Shown here: positions 5,890-9,315 of the stretch, in pieces
Position numbering within the stretch: the first letter of the stretch is position 1
How the letters are laid out: the number at the start of each line of letters is the position of its first letter
From: Candidatus Odinarchaeia archaeon
Lineage (GTDB): Archaea; Asgardarchaeota; Odinarchaeia; Odinarchaeales; Odinarchaeaceae
Assembly (NCBI GenBank): GCA_029856525.1
Contig: JAHQXC010000053.1
Location: 1-9,315, forward strand
DNA length: 9,315 bases
Direction of reading: 5' to 3'
The notes under the pieces: model-generated
The model's input: the letters and a program-made list of their open reading frames with translations, nothing else
Told to the model about the DNA's origin: nothing
Database searches by the model: none
Program-made: the position numbers and the translations under genes

Positions 5890-6403
5890 AACTTTTCTGA
5901 TTTATGTCATTTAAAAGAGTTAAAGCATCTCTTACACTATCAGATTGAGGAATGTAAGGTTTAATATCTATTACAGGGGAGCCGTTAAACGCGTCTAATC
6001 CTTTAACGAATAAAATGTTAGCTTTTCTATCTATTAATTTAACCACAGTTAACCCGATGGGGTTAGGTCTGTTTTGCGCTCTAGATGCGAGAACACCGAC
6101 TTCGGGGAGGTTTGGATCCCCTTTTAAATGAACTTTTAAAGGTTTCCCCTGCTCTTTTCTAAGATTGTGAAAATAGTATAATACTATGAGATGCGAGTAG
6201 CGCTCTATCCTGTAGAGGGCTTGCTCCAGTTTAGGGTGAATGATAATTTTAACTATTAAATTTCTTACATCATCTGAGTTTAATTCCTGCATGCTACTTG
6301 AATATACGAATCCTATAGGTTTTAATACTAAACGGCTTTTTTCAATTTTTTTAAGATACTCTGCTATGATAGATTCTTCACCCGGTTTATTGAGATTATT
6401 CAT
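5888..6403 (-). CDS. tsaA: TsaA/TrmO (YaeB, UPF0066; AF0241-like) SAM-binding protein, putative tRNA t6A37 N6-methyltransferase
   Basis: KPIGFVYS, YSHLIVLYYFH, GVLASRAQNRPNPIGLTVVKL, GLDAFNGSPVIDIKPY. Single-domain form. Confidence 0.88.
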   Translation of the reverse strand: MNNLNKPGEESIIAEYLKKIEKSRLVLKPIGFVYSSSMQELNSDDVRNLIVKIIIHPKLEQALYRIERYSHLIVLYYFHNLRKEQGKPLKVHLKGDPNLPEVGVLASRAQNRPNPIGLTVVKLIDRKANILFVKGLDAFNGSPVIDIKPYIPQSDSVRDALTLLNDINQKS

Positions 6404-6440
6404 AATCCCACCGCGGATTAAAGCTTAGAGATTTTATGAA

Positions 6441-6458
6441 TTAAAAATATATTTCTTC
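6441..6458 (-). promoter_or_regulatory. Possible promoter upstream of the tsaA-like gene
   Basis: GAAGAAATATATTTTTAA in the 65-bp gap. The region is AT-rich, so specificity is low. Confidence 0.25.
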
Positions 6459-6468
6459 TATAGTTAAA

Positions 6469-7671
6469 TTAATCGAAGCTATATTTAGGAGTCTTTCTTA
6501 GTCTCGCAACCCCGGTTTGAACAGCGGTTTTAGCTACCTCGCATGCTATTCTGAAAACAATATTTTTATCCATCATAGATGGGATGATGAACTCCTCTGA
6601 TAAAGCGTTTTCAGGTACACTGCTTGATAAAGCTTTAACTGCAGCCATTTTCATCTCCATATTTATTTGTGAAGCTCGGACATCAAGTGCTCCGCGGAAG
6701 ATCCCTGGGAAAACAAGTGAATTATTTATTTGATTCGGGAAGTCTGATCTGCCTGTAGCTACAATTTTAGCCCCCGCCTTCTTAGCTTTAATAGGCGTTA
6801 TCTCAGGTATAGGATTAGTTAAAGCGAAGACTACCGGGGTTTTCCCCATCAGTTTAATATGCGCAGGTTTAAGCAGGTTTGGAATTGTACTTAACCCTAT
6901 TACGACATCCGCGCCTTTTAAAGCGTTTTCGAATCCTCCTTCAAGGCCTTCCCTGTTAGTTATTCTAAGAATTTCTTTTTTCTGAGGGTCTAGATCACTT
7001 CTCCCTTGGTGGATTATCCCTTTACTATCGCATACTATTATATTCTTACATCCTGCTGTGTAAGCGTATTTTGCAACGCTTATACCGGCTGCGCCTGCTC
7101 CTAGTATAACGATTCTAATATCAGAGATTTTTTTACCGATAATTTTTAAACTATTTAATAAGGCGGCTAAAACCGCGATAGCTGTCCCATGCTGGTCGTC
7201 GTGGAATACAGGAATATCGAGTTTCTTCTGAAGTTCAGATTCTATAATGAAGCATTTAGGTTTTTCAATATCCTCTAAGTTAACCCCTGAGAATGAAGGG
7301 GCTATCGCTGTTATAGTATTTATTATTTCATCCGGTTCCTTAACATTTAATGAGATGGGTATCGCGTTTATATCAGCGAACAACTTAAATATCACAGCTT
7401 TACCCTCTAAAACCGGTAGAACAGCTAGTTCACCGATATTACCTAAACCTAAAACTCTTGAACCGTCTGAGACTACCATTATAGTATTAGCTTTAGAGGT
7501 GAGATCATATACTCTATCAGGTTTTTCAGCTATTAATTTACATGGACCAGCTACTCCCGGGGTATAAACCAAGGATAAGTCTAAATTATTTTTAATGTCG
7601 ACGCGTGGTTTTAATTCTAATTTTCCTTTAATATTTTTATGTAATCTAATTGATTCCCTGTAAATTTTCAT
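6469..7671 (-). CDS. NAD(P)-dependent malic enzyme, minimal prokaryotic type without a PTA domain
   Basis: DLSLVYTPGVA, SDGSRVLGLGNIG, LPVLEGKA, NLEDI, PVFHDDQHGTA, GAGAAG, CDSKG, FALTNP, ATGRSDFPNQINNSLVFPGIFRGAL. Confidence 0.95.
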   Translation of the reverse strand: MKIYRESIRLHKNIKGKLELKPRVDIKNNLDLSLVYTPGVAGPCKLIAEKPDRVYDLTSKANTIMVVSDGSRVLGLGNIGELAVLPVLEGKAVIFKLFADINAIPISLNVKEPDEIINTITAIAPSFSGVNLEDIEKPKCFIIESELQKKLDIPVFHDDQHGTAIAVLAALLNSLKIIGKKISDIRIVILGAGAAGISVAKYAYTAGCKNIIVCDSKGIIHQGRSDLDPQKKEILRITNREGLEGGFENALKGADVVIGLSTIPNLLKPAHIKLMGKTPVVFALTNPIPEITPIKAKKAGAKIVATGRSDFPNQINNSLVFPGIFRGALDVRASQINMEMKMAAVKALSSSVPENALSEEFIIPSMMDKNIVFRIACEVAKTAVQTGVARLRKTPKYSFD

Positions 7672-7717
7672 TTAAACAGCCTTCTTGTAATTCTAAAATT
7701 AATTAACTATGACAAAC

Positions 7718-8413
7718 CTATATAGACGTCTTTAATGCCCCATATAGGAAAATATGATCGGCTGTGTAGGGTTCCAATTTTATTTTTTGAATTATTTTGA
7801 ATCCTTTTTTCTCTAAGAATTCTATTTCATTTTTAAATATTTCAGCTGGCGGTTTTGTAACGTCGATCGATCTTGCCTTTATAGCTATCATAATTTTACC
7901 TGACGGCTTAAGATATAGCGCGGCGTTGTCTACTAGTATTTTTGATTGATCAGGCTGAGCTATGTCACAGTAGATTAAATCAACTAAACCACATAATGGT
8001 GAGTATCTATCAGGGAAGCGCGCGTCAGCTAATATCGGCAGCATATTCTTTCTTTCCTCGCACACAGTGATAAGGTCTCTTATAGCTCTCGGTGAGAATT
8101 CAACGCAGTATAGTCTCCCCCTTCCACCAACTATATCCGATATATGACTGCATGTAGTGCCTGAAGCTGCTCCTAAATATAATATGCTAGAGCCTTCTCT
8201 TATAGGTAGCTCTTCAAGCCCATTTAGTATAGCTGCAGCAAGCTTACTTCTAAACGGATTCCATGTTCTAAGCTCCTCATTTTTAAATTTTATTAAAGTT
8301 TCATCGTAGACTTTCTTGCCAGGTGTTAAATTTACAGTAGCTAGAGTCCGCTGACCGTTTTCATTTATTTGGTAGACTCCCTGAAAATTCTTAAACTCTA
8401 ATATTTCAACCAT
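7718..8413 (-). CDS. flpA: Fibrillarin-like rRNA/tRNA 2'-O-methyltransferase (box C/D sRNP)
   Basis: RTWNPFRSKLAAAIL, LYLGAASGTTCSHISDIV, VEFSPR, PILADARFP, DIAQPDQ, IKARSIDVT, LEPY. Coupled to nop5. Confidence 0.98.
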   Translation of the reverse strand: MVEILEFKNFQGVYQINENGQRTLATVNLTPGKKVYDETLIKFKNEELRTWNPFRSKLAAAILNGLEELPIREGSSILYLGAASGTTCSHISDIVGGRGRLYCVEFSPRAIRDLITVCEERKNMLPILADARFPDRYSPLCGLVDLIYCDIAQPDQSKILVDNAALYLKPSGKIMIAIKARSIDVTKPPAEIFKNEIEFLEKKGFKIIQKIKLEPYTADHIFLYGALKTSI

Positions 8414-9315
8414 TATTTATTCCCCTTAGATTTTATTTTTCGAAGCTTCTTAGAAGATTTAATTTTATTTTTATTAGTTGATTTTACTTTTCTAGGCTTC
8501 TCTGGTTGACTCTTATATTTTTTCTTGATTTCAGCGACCCGTTTATCCAAGGCTTCTAAAAGATCCTGTTTAAGCGTTGAGGAGTAATAGTCTAATCGCG
8601 CGGCGATTGCGAGCTTCCCAGCTAAAGCCCTCGCTATTTTCCCTCTCTGCCATTTTGGAGCGCTATGGATGAGGGGGTGTTGAAAGATTATCCCGTGTTT
8701 AGGGGGTTTATCGCCTGATTTCAGATATGTGAAGAGAGCTCTCTCAGCGCCTATTATTTGTATCTTACTAGCAGGCATTTTAGCTAGGTTAGCTAAGCCG
8801 CCTGCTAAGCTTATCAGTCTGGCGCCTAGAGTTGAACCCGCTAAAGATTTAATATTAGGCGCAACTTCTTCCATAAGCTGGTCTATGTACTCTTCTAGGC
8901 GGGTTCTTGTTTCAAATTCGTTAACTATCATTCTAGCGTAGAATTTTATAATATTAACATCATTAGCTGTTAGATCAGCGCCTACACTTCTAGGAATAGT
9001 GTTTACTATTAATTCAGCTCTTTTATCAGGTATACCTAGCTCTACGAGTCTTTGAATGTTGAAATCATCTTTTACAGCAAGCTCGCTTACAATTTTACTG
9101 TAAGTTTGATGGCTTGAAACTAAATCATTAAGTTCCGGGAAGTAGAGGCTAAACCATTCCCTTAGTCTAGATGAATTTAAATTAAGGGTTTTATCTAGAT
9201 CGTTTAAAGCTTCTATAGCTTGAACTACTAGCATGTCACGTCTAGCTGAGGATATTTTAATCTTCTCGCTAGTGTATTCTAAACAAACCCGGTTGAGGAG
9301 ATCGGTGACCTCGCC
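8413..9315 (-). CDS. nop5: Box C/D sRNP core protein Nop5 (Nop56/58); 5' end lies outside the window
   Basis: LREWFSLYFPEL, APNIKSLAGSTLGARLI, MPASKIQIIGAERALF, PPKHGIIFQHP, RGKIARALAGK, K-rich tail. The frame stays open from 9234 to 9315 (GEVTDLLNRVCLEYTSEKIKISSARRD-MLVVQAI), so the tracked Met at 9234 is internal. Confidence 0.96.
   Translation of the reverse strand, partial: GEVTDLLNRVCLEYTSEKIKISSARRDMLVVQAIEALNDLDKTLNLNSSRLREWFSLYFPELNDLVSSHQTYSKIVSELAVKDDFNIQRLVELGIPDKRAELIVNTIPRSVGADLTANDVNIIKFYARMIVNEFETRTRLEEYIDQLMEEVAPNIKSLAGSTLGARLISLAGGLANLAKMPASKIQIIGAERALFTYLKSGDKPPKHGIIFQHPLIHSAPKWQRGKIARALAGKLAIAARLDYYSSTLKQDLLEALDKRVAEIKKKYKSQPEKPRKVKSTNKNKIKSSKKLRKIKSKGNK

Noticed and set aside
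6584-6600. ATGATGA...CTGA resembling box C and box D' of a C/D sRNA near nop5-flpA
   Set aside because: Only 6 nt separate the boxes (guides need about 10-12 nt), no C'/D pair follows, and it is antisense within the malic enzyme CDS.
6240-8941. Plus-strand ORFs 6240-6428, 7247-7567 and 8729-8941
   Set aside because: Antisense to well-supported genes; no family motifs.
9232-9234. Met at 9234 as the Nop5 start
   Set aside because: The frame is open to the window edge and the upstream residues continue the Nop5 coiled-coil region.
1-9315. CRISPR arrays, IS elements, inteins, in-frame stop recoding (Sec/Pyl), transcription terminators
   Set aside because: No regular repeats, terminal inverted repeats or transposase. 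All proteins are of normal family length without internal stops. Intergenic T-tracts are too short (5 nt or fewer) to call terminators.
1-9315. Frequent AGCT and CTAG tetramers seen by eye
   Set aside because: Explained by codon preference (GCT, CTA, TTA, ATA); not quantified and not localised.

Overview
AT-rich archaeal housekeeping region, thermophile-like and probably TACK or Asgard (inferred from gene order and protein style, not proven). All 13 genes lie on the minus strand. In transcription order (right to left): nop5 (5'-truncated by the window edge), flpA fibrillarin, malic enzyme, TsaA/TrmO-like SAM-binding protein, rpoD, rpl18e, rpl13, rps9, rpoN, rps2, mevalonate kinase, isopentenyl phosphate kinase, and type-2 IPP isomerase (fni; 3'-truncated and missing from the ORF track). 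I found no tRNA, rRNA, CRISPR array or mobile element. The most interesting signals are small. (i) rpoN and rps2 share a 13/16-nt leader in which the called GTG starts overlap or sit just before a strong Shine-Dalgarno (SD), which points to non-canonical ATA and TTA start codons. (ii) RpoD has a Zn-loop plus a complete 8-Cys 2x[4Fe-4S] domain. (iii) rpoD is detached from the usual rps13-rps4-rps11 block and seems to have its own promoter, a palindrome and an SD hairpin. There is no evidence for a large novel system; most of the window is conserved core.
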